Positions 1 through 9,483 of a stretch of 59,873 nt of DNA are shown one piece after another. The notes beneath the pieces were generated by a model, which saw nothing but the letters and a program-made list of their open reading frames with translations, searched no databases and was not told the DNA's origin. The stretch is from a virus. Lineage: Duplodnaviria; Caudoviricetes. Position 1 is the first letter of the stretch. The number at the start of each line of letters is the position of its first letter. The stretch spans positions 1 to 59,873 of the IMG/VR virus record IMGVR_UViG_3300012943_000036. One strand, written 5' to 3'. A program made the position numbers and the translations under genes.

Positions 1-59
1 CCCTGCAGTGCGGCTAGGTTGCTCGTTCAGCATGTTCGTGTTTTAAGTAGAAGGAAGAG

Positions 60-320
60 TGACCTTGTCCTGGAGTGGTTTGGTGTGATCGTATCACCGC
101 TATCTGCGTCATCAGGCAGACAAGCGGGAGCCACGTTCAAGGGACACTAGCAAAACCAAAGTCCACCGAGTGCGCCCGGTATAGGGAGATGTCCAGTGGT
201 GGCAAGTCCGGTCAGGTGTCAAAGCCTGACCGGGCACAGAGGATAAGCTCCCGATGGGCGAGTCCTTTAGCCCTGGTACCGGAAGGGGAAGCCGGTACCA
301 GGGCGCCCCTATCTTCACAC
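60..320 (+). ncRNA. Candidate structured non-coding RNA or leader
   Basis: Perfect stems 208-216/225-233 (9 bp) and 270-282/292-304 (13 bp), closing helix 181-186/307-312, further small stems at about 84-126; strand uncertain. Confidence 0.4.
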
Positions 321-344
321 CCTTCAGTTGTGCTAGGAGGCACG

Positions 345-1202
345 GTGTCGTTCTACGGCAGAGCGGTCTGTCATTGCGGAAAAGCCTTCGACATCACAAA
401 GGCCCGCAAGGAGATTGCGCCTCCAGAGCTCCAACAGCGCTGGCCACAATCTCACAGAGACGCCCCTCCGACCGAGGTGTGGATCTGCGAAAGGTGTGGT
501 GGCATACATTCAACTGTTCAGGAGGTACGACAGGTGGTTCGTGGCCCAGCAGGCAATTCAGGCCTTCGGCACTCAGTCCAACACCTGAGCGGCCAGAGCA
601 TCAACACATGGCAGGTCGGCGACAAGATGGTCGACATAGTCGAGTTCAAGACTTATCCCAGGAGGTTCTACGTGCAGCCCGAACCGCTCATCTTCCAGTG
701 CTGGCAGCTCTTGATGAAGAAGGTTGCGATCATCAAGGCCGAGCCGGAAGGTGCAGGTGACAACGAGATCCAAAAGATCGACCGTGAGATAGCTCGTCAC
801 CAGGCTCGTGGCATCGCCGAGACGCTGGGCATTCTCATGATGCCTTTTGTCGCACCTGTCGAGGGCTCGTCCAAGACGCCTGCTGACATGGTCGTGACGT
901 ATGCCATCAAGAAGCACGATGACCCTGACTTCCAGGTACCCGGCCTCGGTGAGCACCTGTGGGATCCGACCAAGAACCCCGACGGCAGTCTGCGTGTTCC
1001 GGTCAGCGACAAGTACGCCTCCACGCACACGGCCAAGAAGCCCCCGGCGAAGCCGAAGGTGGACAACAAGTCCACCAAGAAGCTTTCGCCCGAGGAGGCT
1101 GCTGGAGTCAAGGAGGCCGTGTCGTCCGGCATGTTCTCCGAGGAAGACGTCGCGTCGATGTTCAAGGTAAGTCTGGCCGAAGTGAAGGCCGCTTTGGCTT
1201 GA
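345..1202 (+). CDS. Hypothetical protein, N-terminal Cys motifs (CHC, CERC), C-terminal HTH-like segment
   Basis: GTG at 345 preceded by AGGAGG; in frame with ORF 75..1202. Confidence 0.7.
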   Translation: MSFYGRAVCHCGKAFDITKARKEIAPPELQQRWPQSHRDAPPTEVWICERCGGIHSTVQEVRQVVRGPAGNSGLRHSVQHLSGQSINTWQVGDKMVDIVEFKTYPRRFYVQPEPLIFQCWQLLMKKVAIIKAEPEGAGDNEIQKIDREIARHQARGIAETLGILMMPFVAPVEGSSKTPADMVVTYAIKKHDDPDFQVPGLGEHLWDPTKNPDGSLRVPVSDKYASTHTAKKPPAKPKVDNKSTKKLSPEEAAGVKEAVSSGMFSEEDVASMFKVSLAEVKAALA

Positions 1203-1227
1203 GGTTCATCCCAGGCTGTGCTACGCT
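1199..1227 (+). promoter_or_regulatory. Putative SigA-type promoter
   Basis: TTGAGG-17 nt-TACGCT upstream of the gene at 1262. Confidence 0.45.
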
Positions 1228-1261
1228 TGGGGTAGCACCACACGTCTTAGAGAGAGACAGA

Positions 1262-1648
1262 ATGCCCAAAAAGCCTCCCGCCTTGTGCATGTTCTGCGGC
1301 GACGCTCCATGCACCTGTGGCGACTCGGTGAAGCAGCGCGTAGCGCGTAAGCCTAAGCCCGGTCCGCGGGAGAGGCCAGCCCCGTCTGATACCCAACCGG
1401 CTCTGACCGGCGGATCTGACGGGGCTGGCTCCTTCTCTGAGGAGCCTTTGCCTGAAGCGAAGACTCGCACCTTCAAGGTACACGACAAAGAAGAGCGCGA
1501 CTTGGACCTTGAATCAGCCCAGCGCGTTCTTCTTTTGAGTGGGATCTTGCATCCGTCTGCGGAGGCAATAGTCCGCGACGAACTTAATCCCCCAAAAAGT
1601 CAAGACATAGATCGGCGGACAGCCGAATGGAAGGCTCGACATGGCTAA
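1262..1648 (+). CDS. Hypothetical protein with Cys cluster (CMFCGDAPCTC)
   Basis: ATG 1262 in frame with ORF 959..1648; overlaps next gene. Confidence 0.65.
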   Translation: MPKKPPALCMFCGDAPCTCGDSVKQRVARKPKPGPRERPAPSDTQPALTGGSDGAGSFSEEPLPEAKTRTFKVHDKEERDLDLESAQRVLLLSGILHPSAEAIVRDELNPPKSQDIDRRTAEWKARHG

Positions 1649-1871
1649 GAGTTGGTGGAAGTCCAGTGTCGTGCCTCCCGAGTATGACTGGTTCGAAGGC
1701 CAGGAGAAAAAGCGCTTCAACGTAAAGCCGCGTACTCGTGAGGACATCATCGCGTACATCAAGAAGCGTGACCCGCACCGCTGGTGGCGCCTCAATAGAG
1801 ACATCAAGTGGATCCGAAAGAGACTCAAGAAGTTGGGCCTCAATCCTGAGGACTGGAGAGAACTGTTGTGA
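1641..1871 (+). CDS. Small basic hypothetical protein
   Basis: Tightly packed between coupled neighbours. Confidence 0.6.
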   Translation: MAKSWWKSSVVPPEYDWFEGQEKKRFNVKPRTREDIIAYIKKRDPHRWWRLNRDIKWIRKRLKKLGLNPEDWRELL

Positions 1872-2479
1872 GCATTCCAATCGGCCTAGAGCTGAAGAAC
1901 GGAAACTGGATCTGCAGCATCGCTCATCCAGAGATGTCGCAGCCTGATCCATTCCAGACGACGTGGTGCGAACACATCAAGTCGATCATAGACAACGGAG
2001 ATGACGCTGAGATGTACCATCTCGGCCTGAAGTTGTCGGTACCGATCTTCCCGTCCAACGACATCTGGGTGCTCGTCATCATCGACTCTGAACCCGTCGT
2101 TGCACGGTCGGCCCTAATGACGATGGAGTACACACCCGATATCGGCTCGACTAGGAAGATCCCGCTAGGACTCTGGAACCCCGGCGAGGGTGCCATGTCA
2201 ATGCGGACCTGTGTCGTGGACTACATCAAGTCTAGATTGGCGCCTGACGAGAACCTCACGTCAGGTCCATTCAAGACTCGATGCCCGAACAACTCGCACC
2301 CTTTGAGCGCGTCTCGCATCATGGCCGATTACCAGGATGATCCAGGCTGGAAGTGGCAGTGTCTCTGGAACATGGTAATGGAAGGCGCATGCTCGCCCTG
2401 CTTAGGAGACGCCTTCGGCGGGGCCGACGACAACTTCGGCATCGACGATTCTGTCATCACGAAGCCGAGGTGGAGCTGA
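1868..2479 (+). CDS. Hypothetical protein, possible SWIM-like zinc finger (C...WCEH)
   Basis: GTGA overlap with upstream gene; Cys/His motifs. Confidence 0.65.
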   Translation: MSIPIGLELKNGNWICSIAHPEMSQPDPFQTTWCEHIKSIIDNGDDAEMYHLGLKLSVPIFPSNDIWVLVIIDSEPVVARSALMTMEYTPDIGSTRKIPLGLWNPGEGAMSMRTCVVDYIKSRLAPDENLTSGPFKTRCPNNSHPLSASRIMADYQDDPGWKWQCLWNMVMEGACSPCLGDAFGGADDNFGIDDSVITKPRWS

Positions 2480-3018
2480 TGCCTGAGGCTTACAAGCCTG
2501 GCCAGCGTCAAAGGAAGTATGGTCAGAACCATCAGATCAGTGAAGATCGTTACGCCTGGGTCGTGACCGACGCAGGCAAGTTCCTCATCTTAGTTGGGTC
2601 GGAAGGTAAGTCCGGGAGTGACGTAGTTCTGTTCGCTCCTCGACCAGGGAAGATTCTCGACTTCGCAATCAACCTCACCAACCTGACTGAACCCGAGCTG
2701 AGTGCTCTGGAAGAACTATTCAAGACGGCCTTCGAGTGGGCCCGACCCGTTGTAGTGCAACGAGACAAGGAAGCTGAACATGCTTGGAACGCTGGTGACG
2801 ACTCTTACACCCGCAGCTATCGAAGCCTTCCAACAGTGGTGTACCGGAAGAGGCCGGGCCCAGAACACGGTCAGGGCCTACGGGAGCGACTTGAGGGCCT
2901 TCCTGACGTCAGCGGAGGGTCAGGTGACGATGGAGGAGTTCGAGGAACTGGCGCAGAGCTGGTTGAACCTGACTCGGAACGTGGTGAGTCCGGCGACGAC
3001 AGCCCGACGTCTGACTAG
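2479..3018 (+). CDS. Hypothetical protein whose 3' end overlaps the recombinase gene
   Basis: TGATG coupling at 2477-2481; ORF stays open to 3018. Confidence 0.6.
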   Translation: MPEAYKPGQRQRKYGQNHQISEDRYAWVVTDAGKFLILVGSEGKSGSDVVLFAPRPGKILDFAINLTNLTEPELSALEELFKTAFEWARPVVVQRDKEAEHAWNAGDDSYTRSYRSLPTVVYRKRPGPEHGQGLRERLEGLPDVSGGSGDDGGVRGTGAELVEPDSERGESGDDSPTSD

Positions 3019-3607
3019 CCTCAAGAGCTTCGCCAAGTGGGCGAAGTGGGGCTCAGTCCTCGAGGAGTACATCGCCCCGAAGCCTGGCAAGACGGTGCCG
3101 CACCCGATCCCGGAAGGCGCGGACGGACTGCATCGCATGATCGAACAGTGCAAGAACTACCAGCAAGAGGCGCTCGTCGCCTTGGGCGGATTCGTCGGCT
3201 TGCGTGTGGGGGAGTCACTGTCCTTCACGACGCACATGCTCGACCTGGAGTCCATGCTGGCGACCATCCGAGGCAAGGGCGACAAGACTCGTGTAGTCCC
3301 AGTGTCCAGTCAAGCCTGGACGCTGATCGCCCCAGCTTACGCGATGGCGATGTCGAACGAGACGGGACACTTAATCACCTACAAGGATCGGTTCGCCCGT
3401 CAGATCATCACTAACCTCGGCGTCAAGGCCAAGCTCAAGCGTCATGTCAAGAGCCACGACCTACGCGCCACCTTCGCTACAGCAGCCTACGACAAGACCG
3501 GAGACATCAGGGTCGTCCAGGAGCTGCTTGGGCACAACTCGTCATCTACAACTGAGATCTACACCGGCGTCCGTCTTGAGACGCTGCGAGAGGCAGTGGA
3601 CTTCTGA
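2780..3607 (+). CDS. XerC/XerD-like tyrosine recombinase
   Basis: NTVRAY N-domain; catalytic set GLRVGE (R), GKGDKTR (K), HDLR (HxxR), LLGH (H), TTEIYT (Y); 275 aa with no arm-binding domain. Confidence 0.93.
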   Translation: MLGTLVTTLTPAAIEAFQQWCTGRGRAQNTVRAYGSDLRAFLTSAEGQVTMEEFEELAQSWLNLTRNVVSPATTARRLTSLKSFAKWAKWGSVLEEYIAPKPGKTVPHPIPEGADGLHRMIEQCKNYQQEALVALGGFVGLRVGESLSFTTHMLDLESMLATIRGKGDKTRVVPVSSQAWTLIAPAYAMAMSNETGHLITYKDRFARQIITNLGVKAKLKRHVKSHDLRATFATAAYDKTGDIRVVQELLGHNSSSTTEIYTGVRLETLREAVDF

Positions 3608-3807
3608 TGGATCACACCGCATGGATCGTTCTCGTGTGCGACCCGAGTACTGCTACCTGGTCGGTGGCAGTCAACATGTCCGTAGCACACTACGGGGCGG
3701 TCGAGGCCGAGAAGGGGGCGCGAAGCTTCTATGAAGAGATGCGCCTCTCTGGTGACAGCGCCACTCCAGCCATCGTCCTGTGTACCGCAGACTTCGTGAA
3801 CTTCTAG
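3607..3807 (+). CDS. Hypothetical protein
   Basis: TGATG coupling to the recombinase. Confidence 0.55.
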   Translation: MDHTAWIVLVCDPSTATWSVAVNMSVAHYGAVEAEKGARSFYEEMRLSGDSATPAIVLCTADFVNF

Positions 3808-3816
3808 GGGGTAGTT

Positions 3817-4059
3817 ATGCCAAGGCTTACATTGCGAGAGGCTACGCTGCGTGTGCTGCGTAAGGCGCACAACTCGGTTCAGCCTCCCGCGACCTGGTGT
3901 CCTCTCACGACCGAAGAGGTTGTCGAGCGGGTGCGACAGTTCGAGGGCTGGGAGGAAGTTCCAGCCGACGACGTGATGGTTAAGCTGCGTCTTCTCGAAG
4001 ATGACGAGAAGATCAAGCTGCGTCTGCGACACAACGGATTCGCTTGGAGTCTGACATGA
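3817..4059 (+). CDS. Hypothetical protein, possible winged helix
   Basis: RBS-like GGGGG upstream; ATGA overlap downstream. Confidence 0.6.
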   Translation: MPRLTLREATLRVLRKAHNSVQPPATWCPLTTEEVVERVRQFEGWEEVPADDVMVKLRLLEDDEKIKLRLRHNGFAWSLT

Positions 4060-4397
4060 GCGAGCCAAAGTGGAATAACGACAACCCCCAGAACTGGGAG
4101 ACGTATTGGGAAGCGTGGTATCAGATCGGCGACGCTAAACCAGTCTGTGTCAACCAATGGTGCCACCGAGAGCAAGAAGCTATCGAGGCAGCTGAAACTG
4201 TTCTATCAGAACAGCTCAAGAAGGTCATCGAGGTTGGCCTCAAAGTAGAGGCTAAGCGATGGACGGTCAGGCGACGTCACCGCAGACAGACACAAACGTT
4301 TCCCGAGTCAGATGTTCGGGAGTACGTCGTTGCAATGTGGTACGGCACTCTGAAGCAGGTATCGAAGGGGGCGATTCAAGATGAGCGCCGAGCGTAA
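4056..4397 (+). CDS. Hypothetical protein
   Basis: ATG 4056 with GGAG upstream. Confidence 0.6.
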   Translation: MSEPKWNNDNPQNWETYWEAWYQIGDAKPVCVNQWCHREQEAIEAAETVLSEQLKKVIEVGLKVEAKRWTVRRRHRRQTQTFPESDVREYVVAMWYGTLKQVSKGAIQDERRA

Positions 4398-5100
4398 GTA
4401 CACCGACCGTGACGTCCGGGAGAACCCAGACTTCTATTTGACTGTCTTGACCTATCTCGCCGAGTACGAGGGCGAGTTCGACTTCCTCGTCGACTGCAAG
4501 ATGCGAGTGGCGATGGAGCGTGAGCTGACCGTCGGCATGGTGCGGGGTGTCCTGAACTGCATGAGGCACGACCCGCGTGTTACCAATCTTCCTGAGCCGA
4601 GAGACTTCAGTCTCGGCGACGCGATGGCTGAGGTGATCTCATTGCCTCGGAAGAATCGCAAGAAGCGCTCTATCGGCAAGCCCTGTGACATCGAGGACTT
4701 CCACCCTGAGCACGGCGGTCATGTCTTCAAGGAGGGGGACTATGTCTACGCAGATGGGTATGAGTTCTGTCACGGCAAGTACCCGATCAACCGCCAGGAC
4801 TTCGCGGTCGACGCCCAAGTCAAGGCTCCCTACATGATGAGCAAGTCCGGCAAGATGATCCACAAGGTCAGTCGGACTACAGGCGACGCCTGGTTCATGT
4901 GGCGTCCGAACCCTCACGAGAAGGGCTGGTACTACACTCAGGACGGTGACCCAGACCTCTACGTGAGGACTGCCTGCAAGTACCCGCGCATCATCGACAA
5001 CCCAAGACTGCTCGAAGAGACACACCTTGACGAAGCGCTGGCTTCGTTGGTAGGGTCCAGTGTACACACCCACGAGCTTTGCAAGAGGTGCTTCGCGTGA
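4381..5100 (+). CDS. Hypothetical protein
   Basis: 239-aa ORF with genome-typical codon usage. Confidence 0.7.
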   Translation: MSAERKYTDRDVRENPDFYLTVLTYLAEYEGEFDFLVDCKMRVAMERELTVGMVRGVLNCMRHDPRVTNLPEPRDFSLGDAMAEVISLPRKNRKKRSIGKPCDIEDFHPEHGGHVFKEGDYVYADGYEFCHGKYPINRQDFAVDAQVKAPYMMSKSGKMIHKVSRTTGDAWFMWRPNPHEKGWYYTQDGDPDLYVRTACKYPRIIDNPRLLEETHLDEALASLVGSSVHTHELCKRCFA

Positions 5101-5888
5101 CTACCGCAACCAAGCCCAAGAAGAACAAGTACAAGTCGGGCTTCTGCAACGACATCAACAAGACGCCTCAATGCGAGGGGACCAAGCCGGTCACCCGAGA
5201 CGGTACTCCCATGCCCGTTTGTCTCGATTGGGAGAACTGCCCGTGCAAGTGTCACGAACTGGTGACACAGATGTACGAGATGGCCGAGATGGAACGGGAG
5301 CCTGCCGAGCAAAGTGCTGAATACCTGGCTCTCCAGCACGAACGAAGCGCTCAATTGACCTTGATGCTGGATTCTGTGTATGCGTTGACGGTCCGTTCAC
5401 GGGCTCTCTCTAGTTCCGATGGCCCCGATGTCCACCCCGGCGACGAGGGACCGTTCAATGGTACCCCTAGCGCCCAGGATGGCCCCGTCTCGACCCTATC
5501 CGCTCTAGTTCCGGCGCGGCCCGTGTTCACCCGTACCCCTACGGGACGAAGAGCACGCGGCCAGCTCGAATACGACGTGCTGCAGGTATGTCGTGAGTAC
5601 GCCGAGGGCGTCTGGGAGTGGGAGGCATGTACGCCGAAGGCGGTCGCAGAGCAGATCGGCAAGATGAACTCAGTCGAGCCGCCTTCGACCGGGGCGATCA
5701 ACGCTGTCTGGGACCGATGGGAGAAGATCGGCTTCGCCGAGCAGGCCAAGAAGCCGTCGCGGTTTGTCAAGTTCACAGGCGAGAACACAGACATGGCCCT
5801 GGATCGAATGAAGGGCGCAACGAAGCGTGCCAAGAAGATGGCTCAAGCTGAGCAGAAGCGCGGAGTGCTTCGCCCCAGGGGTAGGTAG
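5097..5888 (+). CDS. Hypothetical protein, Cys-rich N-terminus, possible DNA-binding C-terminus
   Basis: GTGA overlap; CPCKCH motif. Confidence 0.7.
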   Translation: MTTATKPKKNKYKSGFCNDINKTPQCEGTKPVTRDGTPMPVCLDWENCPCKCHELVTQMYEMAEMEREPAEQSAEYLALQHERSAQLTLMLDSVYALTVRSRALSSSDGPDVHPGDEGPFNGTPSAQDGPVSTLSALVPARPVFTRTPTGRRARGQLEYDVLQVCREYAEGVWEWEACTPKAVAEQIGKMNSVEPPSTGAINAVWDRWEKIGFAEQAKKPSRFVKFTGENTDMALDRMKGATKRAKKMAQAEQKRGVLRPRGR

Positions 5889-5953
5889 TGGACAACCGAG
5901 CCTCGATCTGGCAAACTACTCACCAGCACCCCCTCTTGTCGGGTCGGGATGCT

Positions 5954-5986
5954 GACGAGGAGCCGCGCTTGAGTCGGCTCCTCGTC
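5954..5986 (+). terminator. Intergenic hairpin, probable terminator
   Basis: 12-bp perfect stem GACGAGGAGCCG/CGGCTCCTCGTC. Confidence 0.55.
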
Positions 5987-6000
5987 TCATTTCGGAGTCT

Positions 6001-6279
6001 GTGATGCCAGAACGTGACCGCATCGGGCTCCCGCCTCGCATCTTTCTCTATACGGTTGATCAGGTCGCGCAGATGCTGTCGCTTACGATCCCGTACGTCA
6101 AGAACACTCTTCTGTTCTATGACCGTCGAGAACCCGGCCTCACTCCCAAGACAAGACTCAGAGCAATCAACATCGCGCCGGAAGGAGAGACGCCAGAATG
6201 GCGCGTGACCGAGCGAGAACTGATCCGCTATCTGCGGAGTCGCGGCGTGAAGTTCTACGAGACGGGCTACGGCATGTAA
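6001..6279 (+). CDS. Excisionase/MerR-like HTH DNA-binding protein
   Basis: YTVDQVAQML ... WRVTERELIRYL pattern. Confidence 0.6.
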   Translation: MMPERDRIGLPPRIFLYTVDQVAQMLSLTIPYVKNTLLFYDRREPGLTPKTRLRAINIAPEGETPEWRVTERELIRYLRSRGVKFYETGYGM

Positions 6280-6623
6280 GAGCGCCGCAGTTCATCCCGT
6301 ACGACGAGACACCCGACCCTATCTCGTCCAGAGAGGCCTTCAAGGCTGCTGGCGCAGCAAGCGCGACCTTCGGGGAAGTGCTAGCGAAGATGGGGGAGTC
6401 GATCCTTTTCGCCTTCGCTAAGAAAAACGGCAAGAATCACGCAGCAGAACAGTTCAAAGAGATTCAGCGTGGAATGGTCATCTTCCAGCAGGTCGTGGAC
6501 GAGGCTAACATAGTTCCGCCGAGAATAAAGATCCCGACTGTGAAGACGGTAACTCCGAAGCGCAAGAGGATCCCAGACAAAGTCCCGTATTACGTCAAGC
6601 TGACAAAGCCGCGCCGCCGATAG
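6198..6623 (+). CDS. Hypothetical protein (start uncertain)
   Basis: Fills the gap before the promoter at 6634. Confidence 0.45.
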   Translation: MARDRARTDPLSAESRREVLRDGLRHVRAPQFIPYDETPDPISSREAFKAAGAASATFGEVLAKMGESILFAFAKKNGKNHAAEQFKEIQRGMVIFQQVVDEANIVPPRIKIPTVKTVTPKRKRIPDKVPYYVKLTKPRRR

Positions 6624-6633
6624 TGACCGATGG

Positions 6634-6669
6634 TTGCACGGGGAGCGCGGTAGTCATAGGGTGGTGACC
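6634..6669 (+). promoter_or_regulatory. Leaderless SigA-type promoter
   Basis: TTGCAC-17 nt-TAGGGT, 7 nt before ATG 6670. Confidence 0.6.
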
Positions 6670-7128
6670 ATGAGCGATGCACTTAAGGCTCTGCAATACG
6701 CGGAGGAGAACCTCGGCGTAAACAAGGTCTTTGAGGAGCTGACAGGCTACCTCAACGACCTCGATGTATCAACTTCGGATCTAGACAAGGCCCTAGATGC
6801 GAAGCGTGAGTTGGAAGAGGAGTACGCTGACGCGGAAGTCGACCTCGTCAACGAGAAGCGCGGTCTGCACCCGGAGATGTCAGATACGAAGTTCCGCCAG
6901 GAGCTGAAGATCTGGGAACGGGAGAACGACCGAACGAACACGCTCCGCATCCAGCTCAATGCTGTCAAGAGTGAGATCCAAGGACTGGAGTTCGACCAGG
7001 CCGTACTCAAGGCGCGCATTACAGTGGGTTCGGCTCGACTTACCGAACTTGGTGGCTATCTCAACTACCTCACGGCAGTTAAGAACCAGGCCGAAAACGC
7101 GAAGAAAAAGACACAGGAGAAAGCATGA
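6670..7128 (+). CDS. Coiled-coil hypothetical protein
   Basis: Helical, charged sequence; ATG 6670. Confidence 0.7.
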   Translation: MSDALKALQYAEENLGVNKVFEELTGYLNDLDVSTSDLDKALDAKRELEEEYADAEVDLVNEKRGLHPEMSDTKFRQELKIWERENDRTNTLRIQLNAVKSEIQGLEFDQAVLKARITVGSARLTELGGYLNYLTAVKNQAENAKKKTQEKA

Positions 7129-8054
7129 CAGTCAGTCGACTCGAAGGCCTCGAAACCGGACTTGATGAGTTCGGTATCGAGGACGCAGTCATTCCTCGCA
7201 TCACGATCGTTCACAAGGAGGGGCGGTTCAAGGACAGCCTTTCCAACCAGGAGTTCGAGTCCATCACCTGCATCATCCTCGGTCTGGTCAAGCAGCGCTC
7301 GCTGTGGCACCCGACTGTGGACGAAGGTGACTGGCCGATGTGCCGGTCGATGGATCACAACACCGGCTTCCCGAACTTGTCCGACGAGCAGCCGAAGGAG
7401 AAGCGCTTCGACCTTCTCTGGGACAAGGCTGGATTCGACCCCAAGGACTTCCCAGCCGGCGACGACGGCATGGTTCGCCTTCCCTGCGCATCATGCGGCC
7501 TCAAGGAGTGGGGCTCGCACCCCGACGGAAAGAAGCCCTACTGCAGCGAGCAGTTCACGCTGCCGATCCTGTACGACCCGGACGGCGACGGCATCTGGGT
7601 GCCAGCCATCGTCACGTTCCAGAAGACGGCCCTCAAGGGCCTCAAGGCGTACCTGTCCTCGTTCGCCCGTTCGAAGTCCGCGGCCTTCCAGGCCGTCACG
7701 GAGATCTCACTTCGGATGGAGAAGAAGGGTTCGACTGACTACTCGGTCCCCGAGTTCAAGAAGGTCGGGACCACCGAGGAGGAGAACTGGTTGGAGTACT
7801 CGACCAACTACCGCACGATGGCAAACTTCCTTCGAGCTGACCCGGGGAGCCGGGACGACAGCGAGAGCTCGGCTCCTGCCACCAAGGCTCCCGAGGCCAA
7901 GGAGGAGCCGAAGGCGGACGACAGCGACAGTGACGTTGTCGACGCCGAGGTGGTGGAGGACAGCGCGGACACCGCGAAGTCGGCTGACACCAGTAGCGAG
8001 AGCGCGCCCTCAAGCGACTCGGCTACCGAGGACGACGACGACCTGCCGTTCTGA
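7125..8054 (+). CDS. Putative ssDNA-binding/annealing protein
   Basis: Acidic tail ending DDDDLPF, four conserved-looking Cys, strong codon bias. Confidence 0.65.
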   Translation: MTVSRLEGLETGLDEFGIEDAVIPRITIVHKEGRFKDSLSNQEFESITCIILGLVKQRSLWHPTVDEGDWPMCRSMDHNTGFPNLSDEQPKEKRFDLLWDKAGFDPKDFPAGDDGMVRLPCASCGLKEWGSHPDGKKPYCSEQFTLPILYDPDGDGIWVPAIVTFQKTALKGLKAYLSSFARSKSAAFQAVTEISLRMEKKGSTDYSVPEFKKVGTTEEENWLEYSTNYRTMANFLRADPGSRDDSESSAPATKAPEAKEEPKADDSDSDVVDAEVVEDSADTAKSADTSSESAPSSDSATEDDDDLPF

Positions 8055-8065
8055 TCCTTCACCTA

Positions 8066-8109
8066 GCGGCCCCGGCTTACTCGCACCCCCGTCGAGAGGC
8101 CGGGGCCGC
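8066..8109 (+). terminator. Hairpin, probable terminator
   Basis: 11-bp stem GCGGCCCCGGC/GCCGGGGCCGC right after the SSB-like gene. Confidence 0.55.
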
Positions 8110-8132
8110 GCCCTTTCCTAAGGAGAAACCTT

Positions 8133-8681
8133 GTGAACGACGAGACACCAGAGACGCCCGAGGAGGGCTCAATGGTCTACATGCAGATGCCACCCGAAGT
8201 TCGACAGATGATCGAACACCAGCGCATGCACGCAGAGGCGAACGCGCATGCGACTCTGGACTTCCTGCGAAGTCTCGACGAGGAGCAGCTCCGCGCCTTC
8301 CGTGGCGTGTTGAGCGCAGTCAACGTGACAGACGACACCGTGCCTTACTACATGGGTCTGGTCGGCGGCATGCTCCACGAGAAGTACGGTGTCTGTCTCG
8401 GCTGTGGACTCAAGCACGACGAAGAGCTCAAGAACTTGACCGGCGAAGGTCCAACAGAGGAGGCTTCGGCTTACACCGTCGAGCAGTTCATCATTGACTG
8501 CGAGAACTACGCCGTCGAAGCAACTACTCCACTGAACCCGAACTCGTCTGTCGAGTGCGTCGGACCGTGCTCCGAGAAGGGCGGCGAACGAGGTAGGTGG
8601 CAGAACATTCACGCTCGCATGGAGCGCAAGGCCGGGACCGGCGGCTGCGACTTCTGTGTGTCCATCCAGAAGTGGGGCTGA
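8133..8681 (+). CDS. Hypothetical Cys-containing protein
   Basis: AAGGAG RBS, GTG start. Confidence 0.7.
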   Translation: MNDETPETPEEGSMVYMQMPPEVRQMIEHQRMHAEANAHATLDFLRSLDEEQLRAFRGVLSAVNVTDDTVPYYMGLVGGMLHEKYGVCLGCGLKHDEELKNLTGEGPTEEASAYTVEQFIIDCENYAVEATTPLNPNSSVECVGPCSEKGGERGRWQNIHARMERKAGTGGCDFCVSIQKWG

Positions 8682-8682
8682 C

Positions 8683-9027
8683 ATGACCGATCACGAGAAG
8701 GTTCTCGCTTCCAAGCGTCGCAAGGTCGAAGAGCTGGACAACGCCAACGGGGAGACGTTCAATGAGATCCAGAAGGCCGTGCCTGACTTCGCAATGGATT
8801 CGACCTCGGTTCGACTCCACATGCTCTTCGAACTCCTCAAGAAGTCAGACATCTTCCCCGAGGAGACATGGCTGGACTTCGAGCTGGACTTCCAGGGGCA
8901 GGTCAAGGAAGCTCTTGAGCCAATGCTGGCTCGTGTCCAGCAGAAGCTGGCACGATCCAAGCTGTCGGTAGTCAAGAAGGCTCCGTCAAGGCTGGTCGAC
9001 GGACAGGGGAGGCCGCTCCGTGGCTGA
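8683..9027 (+). CDS. Hypothetical protein
   Basis: ATG 8683 directly after upstream stop. Confidence 0.65.
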   Translation: MTDHEKVLASKRRKVEELDNANGETFNEIQKAVPDFAMDSTSVRLHMLFELLKKSDIFPEETWLDFELDFQGQVKEALEPMLARVQQKLARSKLSVVKKAPSRLVDGQGRPLRG

Positions 9028-9220
9028 GAAAACCGAGACTCACTTCGTCGCTCGACTAGTCATCGAACGTGTCGACAAGGTCATCTACCAAGAGCATCCT
9101 TCCCGCGAACCCTCAACAACTCGGGACGTGTTCGAGGTTGCGAACTTCACTGTCAAGGCTAGTGAGCTGGAAGCCCTGAAGGGTCGCATTCAGAACCACG
9201 TAGGGATGGTGGCGGAATGA
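9020..9220 (+). CDS. Hypothetical protein
   Basis: GGGAGG RBS; coupled overlaps. Confidence 0.6.
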   Translation: MAEKTETHFVARLVIERVDKVIYQEHPSREPSTTRDVFEVANFTVKASELEALKGRIQNHVGMVAE

Positions 9221-9483
9221 GACAGTGCTCTTTCGACTGTGGTCAACTGGTTGACACAGACAACGAGGACAATTACGTCGAGGTCACGTCCTGGGTAAAC
9301 GGACCAAAGCTGGACGGACCGAAGCTTCGACAGCAAACCGGCCGCGTTGCTCACAAGGACTGTGTCGAGCGTGTCGTTCACGGTCAGTCTGTCGGTCAGC
9401 CTGATCTGTTCGAGGAGGTCGAGCCTCACAAAAGTCTTCCATTGACCGTATGGGGAGGCGACGATGATCCGAATGAAGTGTGA
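9217..9483 (+). CDS. Small zinc-binding hypothetical protein
   Basis: CSFDC ... HKDC; ATGA overlap. Confidence 0.6.
   Translation: MRQCSFDCGQLVDTDNEDNYVEVTSWVNGPKLDGPKLRQQTGRVAHKDCVERVVHGQSVGQPDLFEEVEPHKSLPLTVWGGDDDPNEV

Noticed and set aside
270-304. CCGGAAGG as SRP RNA helix 8
   Set aside because: Conserved CAGG/AGCA internal loop is missing; the word is part of a different perfect stem
75-344. N-terminal extension of ORF 75..1202
   Set aside because: Strong SD and GTG at 345; upstream sequence is hairpin-rich
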